Source of the DNA: Candidatus Spyradocola sp.
Lineage (GTDB): Bacteria > Bacillota > Clostridia > Christensenellales > UBA1750
DNA length: 64,000 nucleotides
Assembly (NCBI GenBank): GCA_050942925.1
Contig: JBMNOF010000003.1
Location: 25,314-89,313, forward strand
Direction of reading: 5' to 3'
The notes beneath the pieces were generated by a model that was not told where the DNA came from, made no database searches, and saw only the letters and a list, made by a program, of their open reading frames with translations. Made by a program: the position numbers and the translations under genes. Shown here piece by piece: positions 41,983-50,748 of the stretch; position 1 is the first letter of the stretch, and the number at the start of each line of letters is the position of its first letter.

Positions 41983-43022
41983 ATGTCGCCGTGCTCTTTG
42001 GCGGGCGGTCGCCGGAGCACGAGGTTTCCCTGCAATCGGCCGCCTCTGTTCTGCGCAATCTGGACCGCAAGCGCTTTTGCCCGCTCCCCGTGGGCATCTC
42101 GAAGGCGGGGGATTGGTTCCTCTTCTCCGGAAACGAGGACGCCATCGCCGATGGGTCCTGGCTCTCGCTGCCGGAGTGCGAACCCTGCGTGCTCCTGCCG
42201 AACCGGAGCGCGCGCAGCCTGCTCGCGCACGCACCCGCAGGGGACAAGCACATCCCGATCCACGCGGTCTTTCCCGTGCTGCACGGCTCCAACGGCGAGG
42301 ACGGCACCGTGCAGGGCCTGGTGGAGCTCGCCGGCCTGCCGCTGGTGGGTTGCGGAACGCTCTCCTCCGCCCTTTGCATGGACAAGCACCGCGCGCACCA
42401 GCTGGCGTCCCTTGCGGGCGTGGCCGTTCCGCGCGGGCGCGTCGTGGACGCCCGCACGCCCCGGGAGGAGGTCCTGCGCTTCGCGCGGGAAATCGGCTAC
42501 CCGCTGTTCGTCAAGCCCGTGCGCGCCGGCTCCTCCTTTGGCATTGCGCGCGTGGAGGGACCGGAAGGTGTGCCCGACGCCTTGCAGCTCGCGCTGCGCT
42601 ACGACCGCGAAGCCCTTCTGGAAGAGGCGATTCCCGGCTTTGAAGTGGGCTGCGCCATCGTGGGCCGGGGCGCGGATCTCTGCCTGGGCGAGGTGGACGA
42701 AGTCGAACTCGCGTCCGGCTTCTTCGACTACGAGGAAAAGTACACGCTCAAGACCTCCGCCCTGCACGTGCCGGCGCGCCTTGCGCCCGCGGACGCCGCG
42801 CGCGTCCGGGAGGCGGCCGTCGCCGTCTACCGCGCGCTGGACTGCGCGGGCTTTGCGCGGGTGGATCTGTTCTTCACCCCGGAAGGCCGGGTCGTGTTCA
42901 ACGAAGTCAACACCATCCCCGGCTTTACGGAACACAGCCGGTTTCCCGGCATGTTGCGCGCGGCGGGGTACGGGTTTTCGGAAATCCTGACGCGGATGGT
43001 GGAGGAGGCGCTGCGCGCATGA
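41970..43022 (+). CDS. vanG: VanG-type D-alanine--D-serine ligase
   Basis: Start ATG 41970 (AAAGGAGG RBS). Long stretches match my recollection of VanG: VLFGGRSPEHEVSLQSA, VFPVLHGSNGEDGTVQGLVELAGLPLVGCGTLSSALCMDKHRAH, PLFVKPVRAGSSFGI, GFEVGCAIVG, SGFFDYEEKYTLKTS, VFNEVNTIPGFTEHSRFP. Confidence 0.8.
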   Translation: MSQLNVAVLFGGRSPEHEVSLQSAASVLRNLDRKRFCPLPVGISKAGDWFLFSGNEDAIADGSWLSLPECEPCVLLPNRSARSLLAHAPAGDKHIPIHAVFPVLHGSNGEDGTVQGLVELAGLPLVGCGTLSSALCMDKHRAHQLASLAGVAVPRGRVVDARTPREEVLRFAREIGYPLFVKPVRAGSSFGIARVEGPEGVPDALQLALRYDREALLEEAIPGFEVGCAIVGRGADLCLGEVDEVELASGFFDYEEKYTLKTSALHVPARLAPADAARVREAAVAVYRALDCAGFARVDLFFTPEGRVVFNEVNTIPGFTEHSRFPGMLRAAGYGFSEILTRMVEEALRA

Positions 43023-43801
43023 GGACGATTTCCCTCTCCCCCATGGATCTCCACCGCGGGGAGCTCATTCTGGTCAACGCCGCGCACGCCTGCTGCACCG
43101 GGGAGGCGCTCTCCCTGGTTCCCGCGCAGGAGGGCAGTTCCGTGCTCCTGCACCGCCGCGCGGCCGTGCTCCTCCACGCCCTCATGGCGGAGATCGACGG
43201 CTGGTCCGGCATTGTTCCGGTCAGCGGCTGGCGAAGCCACAATGCGCAAAAGCGCATCTATGCAGACTCTCTCTGGGAGAACGGCGCGGCCTTTACGCAG
43301 GCCTTTGTCGCCCTCCCCGGCCACAGCGAACACCAGACGGGGCTGGCCATCGACCTGGGCCTCCGGCAGGAGCGCGTGGACTTTCTCTGTCCGGACTTCC
43401 CGTATGAAGGCCTTTGCCAAACCTTTCGGGAGCGCGCGGCGGACTACGGCTTTGTGCTCCGCTACCCTGCGGGCAAGGAATCGGTCACGGGCATCGCGCA
43501 CGAGCCCTGGCACTTCCGCTTTGTGGGGATGCCGCATTCGTTCCTCCTTGCGCAGGAAAGACTCGTGCTGGAGGAGTACGTGGATCTGTTGCGCGGCCAT
43601 CCTCTGGGCCGTCCCCTCTGCGCGGAGATCCGCGGCCACGCATTCCGCATCTCGTTTCTGGACGCGCGCGAGCTCGCGCAGGCCCAACTTGCGGCGGACG
43701 ACGCGGCGCCCCTACACGTTTCCGGCAACAACGTCGACGGCTACATCCTGACGGAATGGGGGGAGACGCATGTGCGGCTCACAGCGCTTCGGGGCGCTTG
43801 A
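43019..43801 (+). CDS. vanXY: VanXY-type D,D-dipeptidase/D,D-carboxypeptidase (M15 family)
   Basis: Zinc-site motifs SGWRSHNAQ, SEHQTGLAIDL and EPWHFRFVG. ATGA overlap with the vanG stop. Confidence 0.8.
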   Translation: MRTISLSPMDLHRGELILVNAAHACCTGEALSLVPAQEGSSVLLHRRAAVLLHALMAEIDGWSGIVPVSGWRSHNAQKRIYADSLWENGAAFTQAFVALPGHSEHQTGLAIDLGLRQERVDFLCPDFPYEGLCQTFRERAADYGFVLRYPAGKESVTGIAHEPWHFRFVGMPHSFLLAQERLVLEEYVDLLRGHPLGRPLCAEIRGHAFRISFLDARELAQAQLAADDAAPLHVSGNNVDGYILTEWGETHVRLTALRGA

Positions 43802-45920
43802 CCGGTTTCGCCCGCTCGCCGCGCTGCTGGTCATCGCCCTGCACACCTATCCCCTTGCGGACCTCAGCGCGGACGCCGAATTCCTCCTCACGCGCGTGCT
43901 TGCGCGGCTGGCCGTGCCCTTTTTCCTGATGGCGACCGGACAGTTCACCGTTCTTCCCTTGCTGGAGGCGGGCGAGCAGGCCCGCGCGGGGCTTGGGCGC
44001 TTTCTGCGCAAGACGGGCCTGTTCTACGGCGTCTGCATCCTTCTCTACCTGCCGCTCGGGATCTACGGCGGCCGGTACGAAGGGCTGACGCCGCTTTCCG
44101 CGCTGCGCCTTCTCCTCTTTGACGGTACCTACTACCACCTCTGGTACTTTCCCGCATCGATGCTGGGCGCCTCCATTGCGCTCCTGCTCCGGCGCGCGCT
44201 CGGGCGAAGGGGCGCGCTGGCCGCATCCGCCCTCCTCTACGCCCTGGGCCTGCTCGGGGACAGCTACTGGGGCTTGACCGCGCAAATTCCCGCCCTCTCC
44301 CGCGGGTACGAGGCGCTGTTTTCCCTCTCCACCTACGCGCGCAACGGGGTCTTTCTGGCCCCGGTGTTCCTGCTCCTGGGCGCGGAACTGGGCGGCGGCG
44401 CGCTTCGCCTGTCGCGCCGGGCAGCCGGCGCGAGCTTGGCGCTTTCCCTGGTGCTTTTTGGCGCGGAAGCGCTCCTGCTGCGCGCGCTCGGTTGGCCGCG
44501 ACACGACAGCATGGCGGTCTTCCTCCTGCCCGCATCGGCCTTTCTCTACCGCCTGCTGCTGGATCTGCCCTGCGCGTCCCGGCCGGAGCTGCGCGCCCTA
44601 TCGGGATGGGTGTACGCGCTGCACCCCCTGTGCATTTCCGGCGTCCGCGTCCTGGCACGGCTTCTGGGGCAAACCGACCTTTTCGTGGAGAACAACCTGG
44701 TGCACTTTCTTGCCGTAGCGCTCCTGTCATTCTGTCTCGCGTTCGCCGTCGCCGCCCTTCTGTCCTATCTGCGCGAACGACGCGCGCGCCCGGACCCCCG
44801 TCGGGCCCGCGCGTGGGTGGAGCTGGACGGCGCGGCGCTGCGGCACAATGCGCGGGCGCTGCAAGCCCTGCTGCCGCCGAATTGCGCGCTTCTTCCCGCG
44901 CTCAAGGCGGACGCCTATGGCCATGGCGCGGTGTTTGCGATGCGGGAACTCCAGCGCGCGGGCGTTTTCAACTTCTGCGTGGCGACCGCGCCGGAAGGGG
45001 CTGCGCTCCGCCGCGCGGGCGCGCGGGGGGAAATCCTTGTCCTGGGGTACACGCCGGAATCGCTCTTTCCCCTGCTTCGCCGCTGGCGGCTCTCGCAAGC
45101 GGTGGCGGACCTGGCGCATGCACAGCGCATGAACGCATACGGCCATCCCCTGCGCGCGCACGTGGCCGTCGACACCGGGATGCACCGCCTGGGCACGGAT
45201 GCGGGGGATGTCGAGGCGCTTCAACAGATCTTCTCCCTGCCCAACCTGCGCATCCGGGGGATCTTCACGCATCTGTGCGCTGCGGACGGCCGGAGTGCGC
45301 GGGACCGCGCCTACACACAGGAACAGATCCAAGCCTTCCAGTCGGCGCTGGACGCGCTCGCGGCGCGCGGCGTCGCCCTGCCCAAGCGCCATATTCTGGC
45401 CAGCGCCGGCCTATTCGCCTGCCCCGAGGCCGGCGGCGACTGGGCGCGGGCCGGCCTCGCGCTCTACGGCGTGCCCCCGGTCTTTGCGCGGGAAGCCGGC
45501 GCCGGATTGCGCCCGGTCCTCTCGCTGAAGGCGCGCATCGCGCTGGTGCGCACCCTTCCGCCGGGCGCGCACGCGGGATACGGCCTCGCCTTTACCGCCG
45601 CGCGGGAGAGCCGGATCGCGGTGCTCTGCATCGGATATGCGGATGGATTGCCGCGCGCGCTCTCCTGCGGCGCGGGCTGCGCGCTCGTCCACGGCCGCCG
45701 CGCCCCGATCGTCGGGCGGATCTGCATGGACCAGACGCTCCTGGACGTGACGGACATCCCAGGCGTATCGCCAGGGGACGAGGCGGTTCTGCTGGGGGAG
45801 CAGGGCGGCGCTCGCCTGCACGCCTGGGATGTGGCCGGGGCCGCCGGCACGATCCCCAACGAGATTCTGAGCCGCCTGGGAAGCCGTCTGCCGCGCATTC
45901 CCCATTCGGAAGCGCGCTAG
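43770..45920 (+). CDS. vanT: VanT-type membrane-bound serine/alanine racemase
   Basis: The N-terminal ~330 aa form a multi-TM acyltransferase-like domain (FGALDRFRPLAALLVIALHTYP). The C-terminal PLP racemase has VELDGAALRHNARAL...LPALKADAYGHGA...ICMDQTLLDV. Confidence 0.8.
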   Translation: MCGSQRFGALDRFRPLAALLVIALHTYPLADLSADAEFLLTRVLARLAVPFFLMATGQFTVLPLLEAGEQARAGLGRFLRKTGLFYGVCILLYLPLGIYGGRYEGLTPLSALRLLLFDGTYYHLWYFPASMLGASIALLLRRALGRRGALAASALLYALGLLGDSYWGLTAQIPALSRGYEALFSLSTYARNGVFLAPVFLLLGAELGGGALRLSRRAAGASLALSLVLFGAEALLLRALGWPRHDSMAVFLLPASAFLYRLLLDLPCASRPELRALSGWVYALHPLCISGVRVLARLLGQTDLFVENNLVHFLAVALLSFCLAFAVAALLSYLRERRARPDPRRARAWVELDGAALRHNARALQALLPPNCALLPALKADAYGHGAVFAMRELQRAGVFNFCVATAPEGAALRRAGARGEILVLGYTPESLFPLLRRWRLSQAVADLAHAQRMNAYGHPLRAHVAVDTGMHRLGTDAGDVEALQQIFSLPNLRIRGIFTHLCAADGRSARDRAYTQEQIQAFQSALDALAARGVALPKRHILASAGLFACPEAGGDWARAGLALYGVPPVFAREAGAGLRPVLSLKARIALVRTLPPGAHAGYGLAFTAARESRIAVLCIGYADGLPRALSCGAGCALVHGRRAPIVGRICMDQTLLDVTDIPGVSPGDEAVLLGEQGGARLHAWDVAGAAGTIPNEILSRLGSRLPRIPHSEAR

Positions 45921-46038
45921 CCATACGGAGACGAAAACTTTCTCCGTTTCCGCTGGGAATCATTGGGGTATGTAAAAACATAGAGGGAACGCATTCCCTC
46001 TGGATTTCCCCTATGCCGCGCGCGGGAAGAAAAAGCGC

Positions 46039-46067
46039 TTGCAAAACGCCTTGCGACGTGGTATATT
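46039..46067 (+). promoter_or_regulatory. sigma-70 promoter (TTGCAA-17-TGgTATATT) for the hydrogenase-maturation genes
   Basis: cTTGCAAaacgccttgcgacgTGgTATATTgtc, about 185 nt upstream of the 46253 start. Confidence 0.65.
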
Positions 46068-46176
46068 GTCGATGCAAAGGCATTTCGCCTTCCTGACACC
46101 AAGTTTCCGCCGAATCGGCGGGTTCTGACGGAAAGGATGTGTGCGCCGCCTGCGCGTTTTTTTCGCGCAAAATCGG

Positions 46177-46220
46177 CTGCGTTCCTTCCTAAAGGTGGGG
46201 AAGGGCACGCAGCTTTTTTG
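46177..46220 (+). terminator. terminator-like hairpin inside the 5' leader (possible attenuator)
   Basis: CTGCGTtCCTTCCtaaaggtgGGGAAGGgcACGCAGCTTTTTTG, 33 nt before the start codon at 46253. Confidence 0.5.
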
Positions 46221-46252
46221 TTCCCACCGATGGGGACGGAAAGGAGGACAAC

Positions 46253-46510
46253 ATGTTGAAAAGAGTGGCCGTCATGGGCGTCATCGTAGAAAGGGAGGAA
46301 TCCGTCGAGCGACTCAACGCGCTCCTGCACGAATTCCGGGAGTACATCATCGGCCGAATGGGCATCCCCTACCGCACGCGGGGAATCAACATCATCTCCA
46401 TCTTCTTGGACGCGCCGCAGGACGCGATCTCTTCCCTGGCGGGAAAGATCGGGAATCTGGACGGCATCAGCGTAAAGACCGTCTGCTCCAACGTGCAGTA
46501 CACGGAATAG
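46253..46510 (+). CDS. TM1266-family putative iron-only hydrogenase system regulator
   Basis: VAVMGVIVEREESVERLNALLHEFREYIIGRMGIPYRTRGINIISIFLDAPQDAISSLAGKIGNLDGISVKT matches the small ACT-like family found beside hydE/F/G. GGAAAGGAGG RBS. Confidence 0.75.
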   Translation: MLKRVAVMGVIVEREESVERLNALLHEFREYIIGRMGIPYRTRGINIISIFLDAPQDAISSLAGKIGNLDGISVKTVCSNVQYTE

Positions 46511-46580
46511 CCAAAGCCCACGCGCAAATCCCACATTCTGACGGAAAGTGCACACTGACCGCAAGAAAGGAAGAAAACAA

Positions 46581-48029
46581 ATGGCAACCTACAATCCCAA
46601 GTCCATGCATGCGGACGAATTCATCAACGACGAGGAAATTCAGGAGACGCTCCGCTATGCGGAGGAGAACAAGAACAACGTCGAGCTCATCGACAGCCTT
46701 CTGGAAAAGGCGCGCCCCCGCAAGACTGCCAACGGCACGGTCTGCGCGGGCCTTACGCACCGCGAGGCTTCGGTCCTGCTGGCTTGCGAAATTCCGGAGA
46801 AGATCGAGCAGATGTACAAGCTCGCCGAGGAGATCAAGCTCGCCTTCTACGGCAACCGCATCGTGATGTTTGCGCCTCTGTATCTGTCCAACTACTGCGT
46901 CAACGGCTGCGTCTACTGTCCGTACCACAGCAAGAACAAGCACATCGCCCGCATCAAGCTCACCCAGGACGAGGTGCGCCGCGAGGTCATCGCCCTGCAG
47001 GACATGGGGCATAAGCGCCTGGCCATCGAGGCTGGCGAGGACCCGGTCAACAACCCCATCGAGTACATCCTGGAGTGCATTCACACCATCTACTCCATCA
47101 AGCACAAGAACGGCGCCATCCGCCGCGTGAACGTCAACATCGCGGCCACCACCGTCGAGGAATACCGCATGCTCAAGGAGGCCGGCATCGGCACCTACAT
47201 TCTCTTCCAGGAAACCTATCACAAGAAGAGCTACCTGGAGCTGCATCCCACCGGCCCCAAGCACGACTACGACTACCACACCGAGGCGATGGACCGCGCC
47301 ATGGCCGGCGGCATCGACGACGTGGGACTGGGCGTCCTCTTTGGCCTGGAGAAGTACAAGTACGAGTTTGCCGGCCTGCTCATGCACGCCGAACACCTCG
47401 AGGCGGTGCACGGCGTCGGCCCGCACACCATCTCCGTTCCGCGCGTCAAGCACGCGGATGACATCGATCCAGACGTCTTCGACAACGGCCTGTCCGACGA
47501 CATCTTCGAGAAGATCATCGCCTGCATCCGCATTGCCGTGCCCTATACCGGCATGATCATCTCCACCCGTGAGAACCAGGCCGTGCGCGAAAAGGTGCTG
47601 CACCTGGGCATCTCGCAGATCAGCGGCGGTTCGCGCACGTCGGTCGGCGGCTACACCGAGGAGGAGCGCCCCCACGACTCCGAGCAGTTCGACGTTTCCG
47701 ACCAGCGCACGCTGGACGAGGTTGTCCGCTGGCTGATGGAGATGGGCTTCATTCCCTCCTTCTGCACCGCCTGCTACCGCGAGGGCCGCACGGGCGACCG
47801 CTTCATGTCCCTGTGCAAGAGCGGCCAGATCCTCAACTGCTGCCACCCCAATGCGCTGATGACGCTGACCGAGTACCTCGTGGACTATGCCACCCCGGAG
47901 ACCCGCGCCGTCGGCTTCCCGCTCGTCGACCGCGAGCTGCAGCGGATTCCCAAGGACAAGGTCCGTCAGATCGCCACCGAGTACGTCGCGGACATCAAGA
48001 ACTCCAACCGCCGCGACTTCCGCTTCTAA
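46581..48029 (+). CDS. hydG: [FeFe]-hydrogenase maturase HydG (radical SAM tyrosine lyase)
   Basis: Start trimmed to ATG 46581. Radical-SAM CVNGCVYCPY; C-terminal cluster motif PSFCTACYR...GQILNCCHPNAL. Length and layout are typical of HydG. Confidence 0.85.
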   Translation: MATYNPKSMHADEFINDEEIQETLRYAEENKNNVELIDSLLEKARPRKTANGTVCAGLTHREASVLLACEIPEKIEQMYKLAEEIKLAFYGNRIVMFAPLYLSNYCVNGCVYCPYHSKNKHIARIKLTQDEVRREVIALQDMGHKRLAIEAGEDPVNNPIEYILECIHTIYSIKHKNGAIRRVNVNIAATTVEEYRMLKEAGIGTYILFQETYHKKSYLELHPTGPKHDYDYHTEAMDRAMAGGIDDVGLGVLFGLEKYKYEFAGLLMHAEHLEAVHGVGPHTISVPRVKHADDIDPDVFDNGLSDDIFEKIIACIRIAVPYTGMIISTRENQAVREKVLHLGISQISGGSRTSVGGYTEEERPHDSEQFDVSDQRTLDEVVRWLMEMGFIPSFCTACYREGRTGDRFMSLCKSGQILNCCHPNALMTLTEYLVDYATPETRAVGFPLVDRELQRIPKDKVRQIATEYVADIKNSNRRDFRF

Positions 48030-48060
48030 TCCCCGGGCTTGCCGGACAGAGGAAAAGCCA

Positions 48061-48102
48061 GGCCATCCGTCGAAAGACTTCTTTCGACGGATGGCCTTTT
48101 TG
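48061..48102 (+). terminator. intrinsic terminator after hydG
   Basis: GGCCATCCGTCGAAAGacttCTTTCGACGGATGGCCTTTTT. Confidence 0.85.
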
Positions 48103-48166
48103 CGCTGCGCAACGTTTTCTGCTCGCGCATCGTTCGCAAAATGTACGAAAAAAGGGAGGGACGGTC

Positions 48167-48844
48167 TTGTATCGCATTTTCATCGTCGAGGACGATTCGG
48201 GGCTAGCGGAAGGCATTGCGCAGATGGTGCGGGCTTGGGGCATGGAGGCGCGCGTGGCCGCGGACTTCCGCCGCGTCGCGGAGGAGTTTGCCGCGTATCG
48301 GCCGCACCTGGCGATTCTGGACATCTCCCTGCCCTTTTTCAACGGCTACTACTGGTGCCAGGAAATTCGCAAGTTCTCCAAGGCGCCCTTGCTCTTTCTC
48401 TCTTCCGCCGCAGACAACATGAACATCGTCATGGCCATGAATCTTGGGGCGGACGACTTTGTGGCCAAGCCCTTTGATACGGGGGTTTTGACAGCGAAGA
48501 TCCAGGCGCTGCTCCGGCGCGCCTACGATTTTGCCGAATCCGCCCCCCTGCTGGAACACCGCGGCGCCCGTCTCGACACCGGGGACGGCACGCTCCACTA
48601 CGAGGGCCAGCGCATAGAGCTGACCAAGAACGAGTTCCGCATTCTCCTCACCCTCATGGAGAACCGCGGCAAGGTCGTCAGCCGCGAAAAGCTCATGGAG
48701 CGCCTTTGGGCGACGGACAGCTTCGTGGATGAGAACACGCTCACCGTCAACGTCAACCGCTTGCGCCGCAAGCTCGAGGGGGCGGGGCTGGAAAACTTCG
48801 TCGTCACCAAATTTGGCGTGGGCTACGCCTTGGCACAGGACTAG
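48167..48844 (+). CDS. BceR-like OmpR-family response regulator
   Basis: TTG start at 48167 (AAGGGAGGG RBS). YRIFIVEDD...LAILDISLPFFNGYYWCQEIR...ADDFVAKPF...TKNEFRILLTLMEN...TKFGVGYAL. Confidence 0.8.
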   Translation: MYRIFIVEDDSGLAEGIAQMVRAWGMEARVAADFRRVAEEFAAYRPHLAILDISLPFFNGYYWCQEIRKFSKAPLLFLSSAADNMNIVMAMNLGADDFVAKPFDTGVLTAKIQALLRRAYDFAESAPLLEHRGARLDTGDGTLHYEGQRIELTKNEFRILLTLMENRGKVVSREKLMERLWATDSFVDENTLTVNVNRLRRKLEGAGLENFVVTKFGVGYALAQD

Positions 48845-48859
48845 GGAGGAGGAAGGACT

Positions 48860-49840
48860 TTGCGGTATCTCCAGAAATACAGGCTGGGAATCGGCCTGTT
48901 TTTTCTGTTTCTCGTGGTCTTTTTTGTCGTCTTTTCGCTGTACGGTCTGCCGCTGGGCGCCGTGTTCTATCCGGCCCTGGTGTTCTTGGTCTTCGGCTGC
49001 GCGGGGATTGCGCTGGACCTCACCTTGGAGAGGCGCAAGCACCGGCAGCTTGCGCGCCTTGCGACGCTTCCCGCGGCGCTGATGCGCGACTTTCCGAAGC
49101 CCAGCTCCCTCTGCGAGTCGGACTATCTGCGCATTGTGGAGGCCCTGCGCCAGGAGCAGGCCGAAACCCTGGACCGCATGAACCTGCGCTACCAGGACAT
49201 GGTGGACTATTACACCACCTGGGTGCATCAAATCAAGACGCCCATCGCCTCCATGCACCTGCTTCTGCAGGGCGAGGACTCCGACTTCTCCCGCCGCGTG
49301 GGCGAAGACCTCTTCCGCATCGAGCAATACGTGGAGATGGTGCTGGCCTTTCTCCGCCTGGACGCGGAGAGCACGGACTACGTCATCGCCCCCTGCGACC
49401 TGGATGCCGTCGTGCGCCAGGCGGTGCGCCGGTTCTCCTCTCCTTTTATCCGCAAGGGGATCTCCCTGCGCTACGAGCCCCTGCACGCCACGGCGGTGAC
49501 GGACGAAAAGTGGCTGCAATTCGTGCTGGAGCAGGTCCTTTCCAACGCCCTGAAGTACACGCTCCCGGGCGGCAGCATCGCCATCGACCTCGAGTCGCCC
49601 CTGACCCTTTGCGTCCGGGACACGGGCATCGGCATCGCGCCAGAGGACTTGCCCCGCGTCTTTGAAAAGGGCTTCACCGGCTACAACGGGCGGACGGACA
49701 AAAAGGCCAGTGGCATTGGGCTCTACCTCTGTCGCCGCATTCTGCGCGCCTTGAACCACGACATCCAGATTCTCTCCTCTCCGGGGAACGGAACCGTCGT
49801 GCGCATCCGCCTGGAGACCCGCCAGAAGCGCTTGGAGTGA
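48860..49840 (+). CDS. BceS-like intramembrane-sensing histidine kinase
   Basis: Two N-terminal TM helices with almost no loop, H-box WVHQIKTPIASMHLLLQ, and ATP lid GIGLYLCRRIL. TTG start after GGGAGGAGGAAGG. Confidence 0.8.
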   Translation: MRYLQKYRLGIGLFFLFLVVFFVVFSLYGLPLGAVFYPALVFLVFGCAGIALDLTLERRKHRQLARLATLPAALMRDFPKPSSLCESDYLRIVEALRQEQAETLDRMNLRYQDMVDYYTTWVHQIKTPIASMHLLLQGEDSDFSRRVGEDLFRIEQYVEMVLAFLRLDAESTDYVIAPCDLDAVVRQAVRRFSSPFIRKGISLRYEPLHATAVTDEKWLQFVLEQVLSNALKYTLPGGSIAIDLESPLTLCVRDTGIGIAPEDLPRVFEKGFTGYNGRTDKKASGIGLYLCRRILRALNHDIQILSSPGNGTVVRIRLETRQKRLE

Positions 49841-49858
49841 CGGCCCCGCCTGCGTCGC

Positions 49859-49874
49859 CTTACAGGAATGTAAG
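49859..49874 (+). promoter_or_regulatory. BceR-type response-regulator box (TTACA-GGAA-TGTAA)
   Basis: cTTACAggaaTGTAAg matches the TNACA-N4-TGTAA inverted repeat described for Bce-like regulators. A TACAAT -10 candidate sits at 49930..49935, upstream of the ABC ATPase gene. Confidence 0.6.
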
Positions 49875-49968
49875 AAGGCCGGCGCATTTTGTTCGTCCCT
49901 TCGATGGAATGGCGCCCGGCGGCTTTGCTACAATGGGTCCAGAAAAACGCAAGGAGGCAAGCAAAGCA

Positions 49969-50748
49969 ATGAGCATTTTGGAGGTCAAGGGCGTCCGGAA
50001 GGTCTACGTGCCGCGCTTTGGCGGCAGCCCGGTCGAGGCGCTGCGGAACGTCACCTTTTCGGTGGAAGAGGGGGAATACGTCTCCATCATGGGCGAGTCC
50101 GGGTCTGGAAAGACCACGCTGCTCAACATTTTGGCCGCGCTGGACAAGCCCACGGGCGGCGTTGTGCGCTTGGACGGGCAGGACCTAAGCAAGATCCGGG
50201 AGGACCGCGTGGCGGCCTTCCGCCGGGATTCTCTGGGCTTTGTCTTTCAGGAATTCAACCTGCTGGACACCTTTACCCTGGAGGACAACATCCTCCTGCC
50301 GCTGGTGTTGGCCAACCAGCCCTATGCGCAGATGCAGAAGCGCCTAAAGCCCCTTTCCGAACAGCTGGGGATTGCGGACCTTCTCAAGAAATACCCCTAT
50401 GAGGTTTCCGGCGGGCAGAAGCAGCGCGCAGCCGTGGCCCGTGCGCTGATCGCGGGTCCGCGCCTGGTGCTCGCGGACGAGCCCACCGGTGCGCTCGATT
50501 CCCGCGCGACGGACGATCTCCTGCGCCTGTTTGAACAGGTCAACCGCGCCGGGCAGACAATCCTGATGGTCACGCACTCGGTCAAGGCCGCGAGCCACGC
50601 CGGGCGCGTGCTCTTCATCAAGGACGGCGAGGTCTTTCACCAGATTTATCGCGGCAACAGCACCAACGAGCAGTTCTATGAAAAGATTTCCCACGCGCTG
50701 ACGCTGCTGACCACCGGGACCCCGCTGGAAGGCGGTGTGCGCGGATGA
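49969..50748 (+). CDS. BceA-like ABC transporter ATP-binding protein
   Basis: Start trimmed to ATG 49969 (AAGGAGG RBS). GESGSGKTTLLNIL, VSGGQKQRAAVARAL, LVLADEPTGALD. Confidence 0.85.
   Translation: MSILEVKGVRKVYVPRFGGSPVEALRNVTFSVEEGEYVSIMGESGSGKTTLLNILAALDKPTGGVVRLDGQDLSKIREDRVAAFRRDSLGFVFQEFNLLDTFTLEDNILLPLVLANQPYAQMQKRLKPLSEQLGIADLLKKYPYEVSGGQKQRAAVARALIAGPRLVLADEPTGALDSRATDDLLRLFEQVNRAGQTILMVTHSVKAASHAGRVLFIKDGEVFHQIYRGNSTNEQFYEKISHALTLLTTGTPLEGGVRG

Noticed and set aside
38520-45920. The vanG cluster as part of a tRNA-integrated mobile element or ICE.
   Set aside because: No integrase, relaxase, transposase or direct repeat of the tRNA 3' end is visible. Base composition looks like the flanks. 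Adjacency to tRNAs alone is insufficient.
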